In this document: piece after piece, positions 47,978 through 58,170 of the stretch
Layout of the letters: each line of letters begins with the position of its first letter
Position numbering within the stretch: the first letter of the stretch is position 1
Assembly (NCBI GenBank): GCA_035389045.1
Contig: DAOORA010000017.1
Coordinates: 1-64,000, forward strand
Direction: 5' to 3'
Origin: Bacteroidales bacterium
Lineage (GTDB): Bacteria; Bacteroidota; Bacteroidia; Bacteroidales; CAIWKO01
Length of the DNA stretch: 64,000 bases
The notes under the pieces: generated by a model
The model's database searches: none
What the model saw: only the letters and a program-made list of their open reading frames with translations
Told to the model about the DNA's origin: nothing
Translations under genes and position numbers: made by a program

Positions 47978-48642
47978 TAAAACAAGCCCTGTTCTGTTTC
48001 CTGTAAATGGATTTCAGGGAAATCGTTTTTTGGGGAGTTGACTTTTTTTGACACAGGGTAAAACGTCATTTTTTCTGATTCTAACGGTTTCAGTAATGAA
48101 GAAATGCCGGATTCCGCATTTTTAAGCCATGATTTTTCTGCATCGGAAGTGTCAAAAATTACGGGCATGCGGTGGTGTATCTGCTGTGTGATTTCATTGG
48201 CCTCGGTTGTGATGACGGCAAATGATGAAATTATTTCATTGTCGGGGGATTTCCATTCGCTCCATATCCCAGCCATCGAAAAAACGGGCTGGTTTTTCAG
48301 CATGATCCGGTATGGTTTTTTATCTTTCTTATCCGACCATTCGTAGAAAGAATCAGCAGGAACAAGGCAGCGCATGGTCTGCAGAGATTTTTTAAACGCC
48401 GGTTTAGAGTTTATGGTTTCTGCCCTGGCATTGATCATTTTGTTGCCAACAGAGGCATCTTTTGCCCAGAAAGGTATAAAACCCCATTTAAAGAAACTGA
48501 ATTTGCCAGGGCTTATATCCGTTATCACAGCCAATAGCTGTGAAGGCGCACAATTATAGCGGCAAATCATTTCTGATGGAACAAAACCATAATGATCTTC
48601 GATAATACGGTCACTTATTGCAAACGAAAACCGCCCGCACAT
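47977..48642 (-). CDS. SOS response-associated peptidase (SRAP/YedK/HMCES)
   Basis: N-terminal 'MCGRF', 'RYNCAP', 'INARAET', 'FYEW', 'IHHRMPVI'. Confidence 0.95.
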   Translation of the reverse strand: MCGRFSFAISDRIIEDHYGFVPSEMICRYNCAPSQLLAVITDISPGKFSFFKWGFIPFWAKDASVGNKMINARAETINSKPAFKKSLQTMRCLVPADSFYEWSDKKDKKPYRIMLKNQPVFSMAGIWSEWKSPDNEIISSFAVITTEANEITQQIHHRMPVIFDTSDAEKSWLKNAESGISSLLKPLESEKMTFYPVSKKVNSPKNDFPEIHLQETEQGLF

Positions 48643-48660
48643 AACGTAATTAAATAATTA

Positions 48661-51105
48661 TCATTTAATTAGAACAACAATACCTTTGATAGTATGATGA
48701 TGAAGGAGGGCGTCAATATACGAAATATGCCATACGTAAACACCCTGGTCGCACACTGTTCCGTTGAAAGTGCCATCCCAGCCGGTTTCCATATCATACG
48801 AGGTAAAAACGTGCCGCCCCCACCTGTCGAAAATGTTCATTGCAAAGTTTGATAAATCAATACCTTCACCATAAGCCCTGAAAACAGAATTCAGCGGGTC
48901 TTCATTGGGTGTAAAGGCATTAGGGACATAAATGACGGTATTGGGTTCAACGGTGACTTGTCCGGAAATGGTATCGGAACAGCCGTAATTATTGAAGACA
49001 ACAAGCATAGGGTAATAAGTTCCTGTGTCGGAATACACGTGAGTGGGGTTTTGCAGGTTGGAGTTGTTGTTGATCAGGCCGGGTTCACCGAAGTACCAGT
49101 TCCAGATATCTGCGTTTATGGATTGGTCATGAAAAAACACAAGAGAATCATGTTCGTTGAGCACCTGGGGGCTTACTTCGAAAAAAGCGGATGGATTCGG
49201 ATGTATGATAATATAGTCGGGGTAGGTCATCTTCATTTTGCATCCGTCTGTTGTAACCACCGACAGTGAAACATCAAAATACCCTGCATCTTCATAATAG
49301 TGTGTGGGGTTTTGTTGTGTCGAGGTGCTACCGTAAAGCAGTACATCGCCAAAATTCCACAACCAGCTGCCTGCAGCCGGTGTGGTCAGATCTGTAAAAT
49401 TAATGACAAGGCCCTGGCAACCCTCCGTGATATCGGCAGCAAAATCTACCGTGGGCAGGGGTTTGACTTCAATAGTGATTTCTTCGGTGCTGATACATCC
49501 GCTGTTATCGGCGACGACAGTGTACGTTGTTGTTGTCAGGGGAAACGCATATATTGTGGTTCCGGTGGTGTTCGACAACGAAATACCCGGCGACCAGGTA
49601 AATGTCTGAGCCGTCCCGAAAACATTAAGCGTGCTGGAATCGCCCGGACAGATATTCACCGGGTCGGCGATAACGAGTATGGAAGGTCCCTGGGTTGCTA
49701 TTATGGTCGCCGTGGTGGAACTTACACACTGATTGGTATCTGTCCCGATGACGGTATATGTGGTTGATGAAGCGGGAAAAGCTGTGACGTTTGCGCCCGA
49801 TGAAACCGTAAGAGAGTTGTCCGGAGACCAGGTATACGTGTTGGCTCCGGAAACAGCGAGGTCAATGGAGTCTCCAATGCAAATCTGACCCCCCGGCGGG
49901 CTGACCGATAAAACAGGAAGCGGATTTACAGTAACAGTAATGGTGTTGGTTGCTGTACACAAAGGACTTACTCCTGTAACGGTATAGGTTGTGGTGACTG
50001 TGGGAGAAGCCGTTACAGAACCTCCTGTTGTTTGGTTCAGCCCTGTTGCAGGAGCCCAGGTAAACGTATCCGATCCGGTAGCAGAAAGGTTGATGGACCC
50101 CCCGGTACATATGGTAGGATCGGTGGGCGACAGAACAACGTTGCCACTTGAAAGGGAAAGTGTAATCTCATCGTCCACCGTTACCACCTGTCCGAAACAG
50201 GTGTTGTAATTAGCCTGGGCACGATAGGTTGTTGTTCCTGTAGGACATACCTGTATCGAATTGCCGGAACCTATCTGTGATGTTCCGTCAAACCATGTAA
50301 TACCCACCTGGGACGAGCCGGTTGGTGTAAAACGCCATGCTTCGTTTTGTGCCGACCATGCCGAGGTGTTACGACCCGGGGCTGCCAGTCCCACCGTTCC
50401 CGATGCGTTTTGAATGCCCACTAAACCGTTTCCCGAGTTCCAGCTGCTGCACAGCGGCTTGTTCTGTATATAAACCTCAATGATGTTGGAAGTTTCATAT
50501 AAAACAATCTGGTGTGTTGCTTTCAGATAGTTGCAACTGCTTGAATACATGGCGATCTGATACCAGTTAACTACGAATGTCCTGCAGGGATAGGTTCCCA
50601 GAATAGCATAATACATGGTTCCGGAAACCGCAGGGTCAATATCATGGTAAACACCAAAAATAGCGTTGGTTATCAGGCTGCTTGAGGGACATGTGGCCGA
50701 AAAACTCCACGGGCAATAGCTGCCGGCAGGAGTCAGATTGAAAGATACCACCCCGTTCGATCCTGCAATGATCTGATTATAACTTGTTCCGTAAAAACAA
50801 AAGGTAAACGGCAGGTTTATCACATTGCTCCAGGTGTCATCAATATTTACTAAAATGGGAGTCCCGGTATTAAATGCATAGGGTGGCGTAAACGGAATGG
50901 TAGACACGGAATAAGAGCTGGTTTGACCGCTGGTTTGTATGGCAGTTGCTTCTATGGTAGCACACTGCTGGTTGCAGGGTAAGGCAAAATCATTGCCGCC
51001 GTTTGTGGTAATAGTCACACTGACACATCCCGGTTGTCCTTGAACAAGGTACGTGTTGCCGAATAAAATAGATAAAAATAATATTAATATAACAAATTGT
51101 TTCAT
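48661..51105 (-). CDS. T9SS type B CTD (gliding motility-associated) protein with PKD and Ig-like repeats
   Basis: Repeated 'P..TTTYTV' Ig units, PKD 'WNFGD...QNPTH.Y', C-terminal 'YVPNAFTPN...IFDRWG...GWDG...GVYVW'. ATG at 51105. Confidence 0.9.
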   Translation of the reverse strand: MKQFVILILFLSILFGNTYLVQGQPGCVSVTITTNGGNDFALPCNQQCATIEATAIQTSGQTSSYSVSTIPFTPPYAFNTGTPILVNIDDTWSNVINLPFTFCFYGTSYNQIIAGSNGVVSFNLTPAGSYCPWSFSATCPSSSLITNAIFGVYHDIDPAVSGTMYYAILGTYPCRTFVVNWYQIAMYSSSCNYLKATHQIVLYETSNIIEVYIQNKPLCSSWNSGNGLVGIQNASGTVGLAAPGRNTSAWSAQNEAWRFTPTGSSQVGITWFDGTSQIGSGNSIQVCPTGTTTYRAQANYNTCFGQVVTVDDEITLSLSSGNVVLSPTDPTICTGGSINLSATGSDTFTWAPATGLNQTTGGSVTASPTVTTTYTVTGVSPLCTATNTITVTVNPLPVLSVSPPGGQICIGDSIDLAVSGANTYTWSPDNSLTVSSGANVTAFPASSTTYTVIGTDTNQCVSSTTATIIATQGPSILVIADPVNICPGDSSTLNVFGTAQTFTWSPGISLSNTTGTTIYAFPLTTTTYTVVADNSGCISTEEITIEVKPLPTVDFAADITEGCQGLVINFTDLTTPAAGSWLWNFGDVLLYGSTSTQQNPTHYYEDAGYFDVSLSVVTTDGCKMKMTYPDYIIIHPNPSAFFEVSPQVLNEHDSLVFFHDQSINADIWNWYFGEPGLINNNSNLQNPTHVYSDTGTYYPMLVVFNNYGCSDTISGQVTVEPNTVIYVPNAFTPNEDPLNSVFRAYGEGIDLSNFAMNIFDRWGRHVFTSYDMETGWDGTFNGTVCDQGVYVWHISYIDALLHHHTIKGIVVLIK

Positions 51106-51364
51106 GGCTGACAAAAAATTTCAGGTTTTGAAAATAAAACGTAAATTTCTATTTACCTATTGGTTTTTCGAAACATAAGTTTGACAAAAAAAAGATGAAT
51201 AAGGTTGCAATAAGTTACAAAAATAAACAATATTAAGATGAATTACCTGAAATTTGCTTATTATGGCAATTTCTTTTTTTGAAGTGCTATTAGAAAAAAT
51301 AATTACTAAGAGTATCGAAAAAATGGCGTTACCCTGGAAACACGACCATCGAGATAAACGATAA

Positions 51365-52060
51365 CAGGGGCAGCGCCCCGAAATATTTGTAAAGCAGTAA
51401 TATCCCACAATAATTGTAAGGTGCAGAGCACCGTAATATTATATATGCCACGCACATATTAATGTAAATGGTCGGATGTGGTTCTATTGGTAAACAATTA
51501 ATGCCTGTAATGTATTACCATGCCAGGTATCAGTACCTCTTTTTGGGTTAGTCAGAATTTGTTGTGTGAAGTTGGCAACTCTGCTGGTAAACAATTAATG
51601 CCTAATCTATTGTTTAACATTACGGTGCGCTGTACCCTTGTTGTGCGAAGTTTGCAATTTGTTGTTTACAATCATCAATATGCCGGTGATATTGACTTCC
51701 AAAGCTAACGTGAAGCAGGTTTAAAAGGGAAAATTTGTGAAAAACCGAAAATGCTGTAACGAAATGAAGAATAATAACATATGAAAACGTTAGTCAGAAT
51801 TTGTTGTGCGAATTTGTTGTGCGAGAAAATTTGTGAAAAACCGAAAATGCTGTAACGAAATGAAGAATAATAACATATGAAAACGTTGGTCAGAATTTGT
51901 AGTGCGAATTTGTTGTGTGCGAATTTGTTGTGCGAAGTTTGCAACTTCGCACACTGTTTATAAACAACTGAAAAGATCAAGAGCGCCTTTGGCAGAAAAT
52001 TTTATTTTTCAAATTGGTATAATTATATTATTGTTAGACCTATAGGATTATCTGCACCTA
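51365..52060. repeat. Degenerate intergenic repeat field: REP-like hairpins plus a 96-bp tandem duplication
   Basis: Direct repeat 51729-51824 / 51825-51920; palindrome TGTGCGAAGTT-TGC-AACTTCGCACA at 51929-51953; GGGGCAGCGCCCC and GGTGCAGAGCACC mini-hairpins; TGGTAAACAATTAATGCCT at 51488 and 51585. Confidence 0.8.
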
Positions 52061-52079
52061 AAAAAAGATATTATCCTTA

Positions 52080-53390
52080 TTATATTTTTATGGTCAGCAG
52101 GTCTTTCCATTTGCTGGTATATTGTGGCGATAAACGTTCCTGATGCATTTTCCAGCGCCGCCGGTTACCCTGAATGGCAAATTTTACAGCGCCCTGTCCG
52201 ACCGATGCATTTATTTTGTCAATAACCTGCATAAGGCCGGAGAGTTTTTCACGGTTCATGTCATCCCAGATCCCATACTGAAGTTGATCTTCGGGAATTA
52301 GTTCGGAAAGGATAATGCCTGATTTTTTATATTTATATCCCGGCCTGAAAATTTTTCTCAGCCCTTTGAGGGCATGATGGATGATTTCCGAAGTAACATT
52401 GGTGGCCACCGGTAGTTGTACTATTGATCCGTTGACGTATTTCGGGGTGTCCGAGAATTTGTTTGTCATCAGAAAAACGGTTGCCGTGCGTGCACAGGAT
52501 TTCTGTTTCCGGAGTTTTTCGGCGGCACGGGCAACGAATGTGGTGGTGGCCTGCTCAAGTTCTTCGTATGATTCAACGGTAGTCCCGAAAGAACGCGATA
52601 TACAGATGCTCTTTTTATCAGGCGTCATGGTCTCGAGAGATATACAGGAGATGCCGCGCAATTCAAAAAGGGTTTTTTGTCCCATGACGTTCATGTGTTT
52701 TCTTACCCATGCTTCGTCTGCATTTTTAAAATCATACACGGTGGATATCCCTTTTTCGGATAGAAATTTACTGTATGCCCGGCCAATGCCCCAGACCTCA
52801 GAAACAGGGATGGTTTTGAATAGTTCGTCTTGATTTTTAATGGTGTTCAGGTTCAGGATGTTACCGTATTCAGGTTTTTTCTTTGCTGCATGATTTGCGA
52901 TTTTTGCCAGTGTTTTGGTCGACCCGATACCGACAGAAACAGGAATGCCCACCCATTGCTTCAGGGTTTTCCTGATTTTTTTTGCATACACAGCAAGGTC
53001 TTCAAATTTCATACGGGTCAGGTCCAGAAAAGCTTCATCAACAGAATATATTTCCATCTCGGGCGATAGTTCATACAGCGTATTCATTATTCTGTTGGAG
53101 ATGTCGCCATACAAAGCATAGTTGGACGAAAAAACATGGACGGAGTGTCTTTCAATCAGCTCTTTAAACTCAAAAGCCGGCGCACCCATTTTTATGCCGA
53201 TTGCTTTGGCTTCGTCGGAACGGGCAATTACACAGCCATCATTATTCGATAAGACGATGACCGGTTTTTTTTCCAGTTTAGGGTTAAACAAGCGTTCACA
53301 GGAAGCATAAAAGTTATTACAATCTACAAGCGCAAAAACATTATTCAGAGCAGATTCAGGGAACGTGCTATTCGGATTTTTCAATCTCAT
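52080..53390 (-). CDS. umuC: Y-family DNA polymerase V catalytic subunit (UmuC-like)
   Basis: 'ALVDCNNFYASCE', 'LSNNDGCVIARS', 'YSVDEAF', C-terminal 'WKMHQERLSPQYT'. Start uncertain (ATG 53390 chosen; ORF call 53462). Confidence 0.93.
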   Translation of the reverse strand: MRLKNPNSTFPESALNNVFALVDCNNFYASCERLFNPKLEKKPVIVLSNNDGCVIARSDEAKAIGIKMGAPAFEFKELIERHSVHVFSSNYALYGDISNRIMNTLYELSPEMEIYSVDEAFLDLTRMKFEDLAVYAKKIRKTLKQWVGIPVSVGIGSTKTLAKIANHAAKKKPEYGNILNLNTIKNQDELFKTIPVSEVWGIGRAYSKFLSEKGISTVYDFKNADEAWVRKHMNVMGQKTLFELRGISCISLETMTPDKKSICISRSFGTTVESYEELEQATTTFVARAAEKLRKQKSCARTATVFLMTNKFSDTPKYVNGSIVQLPVATNVTSEIIHHALKGLRKIFRPGYKYKKSGIILSELIPEDQLQYGIWDDMNREKLSGLMQVIDKINASVGQGAVKFAIQGNRRRWKMHQERLSPQYTSKWKDLLTIKI

Positions 53391-54627
53391 TGATTCTTTG
53401 TAATGCGTTGTTTTTAAGGGTTCCGCCCCGGTCAATGATTTCATTAAGTAATCGGCGGGCATCTTCCGTTTGATTATTTTCAGTAAATATCAATGCATTC
53501 TGCCATAAGGCAAGGTCGTAATAGGGATTGGTTTTCTTTTTCAGGAGTTTGTCAAACCAGGTTGTGGCCACATCTTTCTGACCGTCGTTGTAGTAAGCCA
53601 TGGCAAGATAATACATTGCCTGAAAGTCATTTTTATTTTTCGCAACGGATTTTTCTAATTCTGCGATAGCTTCTTTGTAACGGGCTGATTCAAAGTACAT
53701 CAACCCTGCGACGAGCGACTGCGGCATATCCGTACTTGTGGCAGCTCCAGCTGCAGGAGCCAGCTCGGCTTCTTTTTTTTCAACCCTGTTTTTTGGGTTT
53801 TTCTCAAATGAAAGACTCTTTTTGGAAGCGATCTCAGCGACAACACTCTGGTCTTGCGATAAATCCATATCCTTTGCGGCTCCTGTTAAACTTAACGAAT
53901 CTGTTATTGTTTCTGTCAGTTTTTCCTCCAGGGCAATTTCGTCAGAAAAACTGCCGTACAAACCTCTGTTGTTTTGTGCGTTTTCATTGTCCGCCTTATA
54001 AATATATTTGCGATCATCTTCATTTAGAGTTTCACCGGAATACACAACGGATGACGGCTCTCTGGATTTGCTTTGTCCGGTAATCTGAGGAATACCCTCG
54101 CTGATCGTACTGCTCTTGTTATTTCTTATCCCTTCCTCCTTTGTTTCTGTTGTCGCAATATCCTGTACTTCAACGCCTTCCTCTGCCGCTGAATTTTTTT
54201 GTTTGCCGGAGATGGTATTCTCAACTGGTTTAGGAGCATTGTAGCTCAGATCAGAGTTTGTTTTTTTGGTTGTAACGTTAATAAAATAGTAACCCGTGAT
54301 GATCAGTAAAAAACTTGCAGCTATGGAAATAGATGTGATGAGAGTCCTTTGATTATTGCTTTTTTTTAATGTTTTTCTGCCGGAAGAAGTCAGTTTTGTT
54401 TTGAAATCATTTTTTATGGTTTTGAGTTCTGCAAAAGCCATATCGTAGTCCGAATGGTTTTCGAACCCGTCAAGTGCTTCGTTGCAAAGCAGACATCCGG
54501 CGACATGCTTTTCGAAAAGGTGTTTTTCTTTCTCTGTAAGTTCTTTTTTCAGATAAAGCGATAACCCTTCTTCACTGAGGCATCCCGAAGGACCAAATAT
54601 CCTGTTGTTTTTGACTATGGGTTTCAT
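53368..54627 (-). CDS. Zinc-binding anti-sigma factor with TM helix and C-terminal TPR
   Basis: ZAS motif 'HVAGCLLC' (HxxxCxxC), one TM segment, TPR-like 'YFESARYKEAIAEL...AMYYLAMAYY'. Confidence 0.82.
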   Translation of the reverse strand: MKPIVKNNRIFGPSGCLSEEGLSLYLKKELTEKEKHLFEKHVAGCLLCNEALDGFENHSDYDMAFAELKTIKNDFKTKLTSSGRKTLKKSNNQRTLITSISIAASFLLIITGYYFINVTTKKTNSDLSYNAPKPVENTISGKQKNSAAEEGVEVQDIATTETKEEGIRNNKSSTISEGIPQITGQSKSREPSSVVYSGETLNEDDRKYIYKADNENAQNNRGLYGSFSDEIALEEKLTETITDSLSLTGAAKDMDLSQDQSVVAEIASKKSLSFEKNPKNRVEKKEAELAPAAGAATSTDMPQSLVAGLMYFESARYKEAIAELEKSVAKNKNDFQAMYYLAMAYYNDGQKDVATTWFDKLLKKKTNPYYDLALWQNALIFTENNQTEDARRLLNEIIDRGGTLKNNALQRINEIEKSE

Positions 54628-55220
54628 TTTTGTGTTTCGAGCATGATTTTCAAGTTTCTTTTTCCATTCTGTATAAAGCTTTTTACCTGGTTCATGGTGA
54701 AGTTTGTCGAATCGGCAACTTCTTTGTATGATTTCTCATGAAGGTAGAAAAGCTCGATGCAGATTCGTTGTTCATCACTCAGTTTTTTTATGGCTTCAGG
54801 CAGTTTTATATCAATAATATCGTCGTCAGCATGATTAAGAGAAAAATTACCGTCGAAATCCATAAAATCCTGCTGAAAAATTTTTAATTGTACCATTTCG
54901 TTGAGCGGAACGGTATTTTCTTTACGCAGGATCATCAGGCAATGATTTTTGGCCACACTGTAGAGCCAGCATTTGAAATTGATGATATTGTGTTCTTTCA
55001 ACGATTCGTAAAGTTTTTCAAAAACCTGCATAACGGTTTCGCGGCGGTCGTCTTCACGGTCGAAATATTTTAATGCAATACCGTATACAAGGTGTGCATA
55101 GCGGTCGAACAATTCCCCGATAAGCGCAGTGTCATTCGTTTTCCGATACAAATCAATCAGTTCCTGATCTGTCAGAGGATCGGATTTTACAGAGGAGGGC
55201 TTTTTAAAAAAGAGGGCCAA
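54624..55220 (-). CDS. ECF sigma-70 factor
   Basis: Region 2 'LFDRYAHLVY...FKCWLYSVAKNHC' and region 4 'LSDEQRICIELFY..KSYKEVA...VKSFIQNGKRNL'. Confidence 0.93.
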   Translation of the reverse strand: MALFFKKPSSVKSDPLTDQELIDLYRKTNDTALIGELFDRYAHLVYGIALKYFDREDDRRETVMQVFEKLYESLKEHNIINFKCWLYSVAKNHCLMILRKENTVPLNEMVQLKIFQQDFMDFDGNFSLNHADDDIIDIKLPEAIKKLSDEQRICIELFYLHEKSYKEVADSTNFTMNQVKSFIQNGKRNLKIMLETQK

Positions 55221-55571
55221 GGTTCAGGTGATTGATATGCAAATTTAAAATTTTATAATGAAAAAGAGCACTTTGTGTTCCTTTATTCTTGTTTCTTGTG
55301 CCGACCCCGGGCTTCAAGTTTTTAATAATATTCACTATTGTCCGGCAAAATAAATTTATGAAGAGCAATTCATCAAGTAAAATAATGAGGTAAAATTTAT
55401 TAATATTATTTGAAAGTCCATTATGGTAGGGCTTTTCATCAAATAATAAAATTTTTACCGGACATCAATGGTTTTTATTCATTACCATCTCTAAGGCTAA
55501 TAATATTTTAGGGATATACCTGGCTGTCTATATTGATAAAATACTTAGTTTAGCATCAAATTAAATACGTT

Positions 55572-56339
55572 ATGAAAAAAATTGTCACCTATAATGTTAA
55601 CGGAATACGGTCGGCTTTATCGAAAGGCCTGCTTGAATGGATAGCTTCCGCTGAGCCCGATATTGTTTGTTTTCAGGAGACCAAAGCCCAGCCTGAACAA
55701 ATACCGGCGCTGGATTTTCATGCTGCGGGGTACCATAATTACTGGTATTCGGCAAAGAAAAAAGGGTACAGCGGTGTCGGCATATTGACGAAACATGAAC
55801 CGGATCGTGTGGTATATGGAATGGGCATCCCGAAATATGATGATGAAGGCCGTTTAATACGGGCCGATTACGGTGATATTTCTGTGATCAGCGTGTATCA
55901 TCCTTCAGGATCCAGTGGTGAAGAACGTCAGGATTTTAAAATGTTATGGCTTGAAGATTTTCTGGAATGGATCAGTGGACTGAAAAAAACAAGGCCCAAT
56001 CTTGTGGTCTGCGGCGATTATAATATCTGTCATCAGCCTATCGATATTCACGACCCGGTGCGAAATGCCACCAGCTCAGGCTTTCTCCCCGAAGAACGCG
56101 AATGGCTTTCACGGTTTATTGATTCAGGATTTGTAGATGGATTCAGAGCGTTTAACAACGAACCCAAACAATATACATGGTGGAGTTTCAGGGCGAATGC
56201 ACGTGCCAAAAACCTGGGCTGGCGTATAGATTATCACATGGTGAGCGAACCGATAAAACACTTGATGAAACGCGCTGTAATATTGCCTGAGGCCATACAT
56301 TCCGATCATTGTCCGAGCATACTGGAGATGGATTTTTAA
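55572..56339 (+). CDS. xth: Exodeoxyribonuclease III
   Basis: 'TYNVNGIRS', 'QETK', 'GYSGV', 'GDYNICH', 'GWRIDY', 'SDHCP'. Confidence 0.96.
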   Translation: MKKIVTYNVNGIRSALSKGLLEWIASAEPDIVCFQETKAQPEQIPALDFHAAGYHNYWYSAKKKGYSGVGILTKHEPDRVVYGMGIPKYDDEGRLIRADYGDISVISVYHPSGSSGEERQDFKMLWLEDFLEWISGLKKTRPNLVVCGDYNICHQPIDIHDPVRNATSSGFLPEEREWLSRFIDSGFVDGFRAFNNEPKQYTWWSFRANARAKNLGWRIDYHMVSEPIKHLMKRAVILPEAIHSDHCPSILEMDF

Positions 56340-56560
56340 ACGGATATAGGGTTTTTTCTTAAAAAAATTGGTCTGTACAAGCATTTTTTCCGAATAAGTG
56401 TGTGTTTAAACCTCTATCAATTTGTTGAAATCACATATATTAATTTAGTTATATGTTTGTCTGAGTTGCATTTTTAACAAAGTGTTGTTAGTATTTTAAA
56501 AAGATTGTGATTAAAGGAATATTTCATTAATTGTATTTTTGATGATTAATACTAATTCCT

Positions 56561-57562
56561 ATGTTGAAAAAAGCTTTCTTGTTTGCCGGCATCGCAATAT
56601 TCCTGACTTCCTGTGTATCTTTAAAGAAATACCAGGAAAAGGAAGGTAGTTACAAAAACTGTCTGGAGGAAAATGCTGTCCTGAAAAGCCAGAATCTTGA
56701 TTATTCCACCCGTTTAAACGAAATGACAGCGACAGCTGATAACCTGAAAAAACAGAACGAGACGCTTATTTCGGACTCCTACAGAAACGGTGAGAAAATA
56801 AAAGATCTGACGGAAAAATATAATGAACTGAACAAGGCATACGACACCCTGGTCAGCAGTAATATTAAGCTGATGAAAGGCAATAAGTATGAAACGCAGA
56901 AATTGATTTCGGAACTCGAGAATACCAAAGCGGCATTGCAGAAAAAGGAAGATGCCCTTAAAAGCCTTGAAGCCGAACTTAATGCGAAACTCGGTCATCT
57001 TAATGATTTAGAGTCGAAACTGGAAGAAAAACAACAGCGTTTAGCCGAACTGCAAAGCATACTCGACAAAAAGGATTCGTCGGTGAAAGCATTGAAAAAT
57101 AAGGTTTCAGAAGCATTGCTGGGCTATGAGAACAAGGGACTTACAGTTAAACAAATGAACGGCAAAGTATATGTTTCAATGGACGAGGCCTTGCTCTTTG
57201 CTTCCGGAAGATATGAGGTGGCTCCCAAGGGCGCAGAGGCCTTGAAAAAACTGGCAAAAGTTCTTGAAAGCAACACCGATATAAATATTTTGGTGGAAGG
57301 GCATACCGATAATGTTCCGTATAAGGGAACAGACCAGATACTGGACAACTGGGACCTGAGTGTAAAACGGGCTACATCGGTAGTCCGTATTTTATTAGCA
57401 AAAACCTCGATTGCCCCTGTCCGTATTACGGCGGCCGGACGCAGCGAGTATTTCCCTGTTGATAAAGCCAGTACTTCTGAGGCCCGCAGCAAGAACCGCC
57501 GTACAGAAATCATTCTCACTCCGAAATTGGATGAATTATTGAAGATCATTGAAAGTAATTGA
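56561..57562 (+). CDS. OmpA/MotB-domain coiled-coil lipoprotein
   Basis: Lipobox 'LTSCVS', long coiled coil, 'VEGHTDN', 'NWDLSVKRA', 'NRRTEI'. Confidence 0.9.
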   Translation: MLKKAFLFAGIAIFLTSCVSLKKYQEKEGSYKNCLEENAVLKSQNLDYSTRLNEMTATADNLKKQNETLISDSYRNGEKIKDLTEKYNELNKAYDTLVSSNIKLMKGNKYETQKLISELENTKAALQKKEDALKSLEAELNAKLGHLNDLESKLEEKQQRLAELQSILDKKDSSVKALKNKVSEALLGYENKGLTVKQMNGKVYVSMDEALLFASGRYEVAPKGAEALKKLAKVLESNTDINILVEGHTDNVPYKGTDQILDNWDLSVKRATSVVRILLAKTSIAPVRITAAGRSEYFPVDKASTSEARSKNRRTEIILTPKLDELLKIIESN

Positions 57563-57642
57563 CAGAAATAGCAACCTTCAATCAAAATCTATATATTTGC
57601 AGGGGTAGATCATTTTGATCTGCCTCTTTTTTATTTTTTTAT

Positions 57643-58170
57643 ATGGACAGCATAGAAAAACTGATACAGTATACACCCGAAGACCTGCAAATGGCTTATA
57701 CTATCCATTTAAAAAAAACGTATCCCTTACGGAGCAGATTGTTACTGGTGGTGAGCGCAGTATCGTTAATCGTCGGAGGAGCTCTGCTCGTTTATGAAGC
57801 GATGAAAGGCAATGCGGATGCCATTAACTGGGCGGCATGGTTTCTTATTGCCTATGGCATTGCTATTGCCCTGCTGTACTTTTATAACCTGCGTACCATA
57901 GGAAAAAAAATGTTTACCAAAATGCCTGAATTTGCGCGGCCTTTTCAATATCTTTTTACCGCCGCCGGCGTTCAGGTGTCTACTCAAAATATGAATAATC
58001 AAAACAAATGGGATTTTTATCAGTCCGCATTGATATGTCCGGAAACCATTATTATTTACCCCAATAAATTCCGTTTCAATTTATTTCCGAAAAAATACTT
58101 TACAGATGAGGAATATGAGCTGTTGAAACAATGGATACGGGAAAAAATTAAAACCAAAGAAACAGAATGA
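57643..58170 (+). CDS. YcxB-like membrane protein
   Basis: Two TM helices followed by a small soluble domain ending 'LFPKKYF'. Confidence 0.65.
   Translation: MDSIEKLIQYTPEDLQMAYTIHLKKTYPLRSRLLLVVSAVSLIVGGALLVYEAMKGNADAINWAAWFLIAYGIAIALLYFYNLRTIGKKMFTKMPEFARPFQYLFTAAGVQVSTQNMNNQNKWDFYQSALICPETIIIYPNKFRFNLFPKKYFTDEEYELLKQWIREKIKTKETE

Noticed and set aside
51480..51960. Possible CRISPR array
   Set aside because: The whole 96-bp unit is duplicated, so there are no unique spacers. Shorter repeats are irregularly spaced and degenerate, and there are no cas genes in the window.
51157..51980. ORFs 51157..51408, 51520..51708 and 51705..51980
   Set aside because: They lie in the non-coding repeat field. 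The repeated peptide only mirrors the DNA duplication, and the composition is not protein-like.
45301..53390. Prophage or ICE carrying umuDC and SRAP
   Set aside because: No integrase, phage structural, relaxase or conjugation genes are present, and the intervening genes are typical chromosomal Bacteroidota genes.
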